DNA of 60,777 nt, from the NCBI GenBank assembly GCA_030532465.1, contig JAUNLC010000006.1, positions 1 to 60,777 on the forward strand, written 5' to 3'. Positions 60,660-60,777 of the stretch are shown in pieces. Under the pieces are notes generated by a model. It was given only the letters and a program-made list of their open reading frames with translations, did no database searches and was not told where the DNA came from. The stretch comes from Campylobacter sp. (GTDB taxonomy: Bacteria; Campylobacterota; Campylobacteria; Campylobacterales; Campylobacteraceae). Position numbers and translations under genes: made by a program. Position 1 is the stretch's first letter. Every line of letters begins with the position of its first letter.

Positions 60660-60777
60660 AGAACAGATAAAAGAAATTATGGATAAGGGCGCAAACGAAT
60701 ACGGATTAACCGAGCTTGTCAAGATAGATACTAACAAGGCGAGCGAGCAGGCAAAAATTATCTTTCAAGCCGATAAG
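60652..60777 (+). CDS. 5' part of an element ORF (truncated by window end)
   Basis: AGGAG RBS; MSKEQIKEIMDKGANEYGLTELVKIDTNKASEQAKIIFQADK open to the end. Confidence 0.6.
   Translation, partial: MSKEQIKEIMDKGANEYGLTELVKIDTNKASEQAKIIFQADK

Larger units (their letters stand above)
57112..60777 (+). mobile_element. tRNA-integrated element, PICI/phage-satellite-like or defective prophage; left part only
   Basis: Integrase directly after the tRNA 3' end, AlpA-like HTH, small overlapping ORFs, primase-type domain; compositional shift (loss of RAATTY bias). Confidence 0.85.

Noticed and set aside
1-60777. Poly-G/C phase-variation tracts typical of Campylobacter
   Set aside because: No G or C run of 8 or more was noticed; the longest seen was G6 within purD

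Overview
Chromosomal segment of a Campylobacter species, probably not C. jejuni. This is inferred from gene order (purD-RDD-lptD-pnp, atpE/NSS-NSS/pycB-pckA-argH, HIT/pheST-aroA-ispH-rpsA-serA, DUF234-flgS) and from very dense RAATTY sites. About 57 kb is mostly housekeeping and transport genes, plus 6S RNA upstream of purD, tRNA-Leu(GAG) and a CAT-anticodon tRNA that is probably Ile2. Features the ORF track misses or mis-calls: (1) a CxxU selenoprotein of the SelW/Rdx family (39001-39252, minus strand) with in-frame TGA and a SECIS-like hairpin; (2) an ATPase_2/STAND-like ATPase plus PIN-domain gene pair ahead of hemD, a candidate defence or toxin module; (3) a frameshifted NAD(P)-binding gene; (4) a probable ATC start codon for the DUF234-flgS operon; (5) from 57112 to the window end, the left part of a tRNA-integrated PICI/phage-satellite-like element. 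That element has a frameshifted P4-type integrase, a cargo ORF, an AlpA-like HTH gene, small ORFs and a Zn-ligand-less CHC2-like protein. It also carries repeat arrays, including a degenerate 5 x 32-bp array and 11-bp sites embedded in the integrase gene. All calls come from reading motifs by eye; no searches were run.
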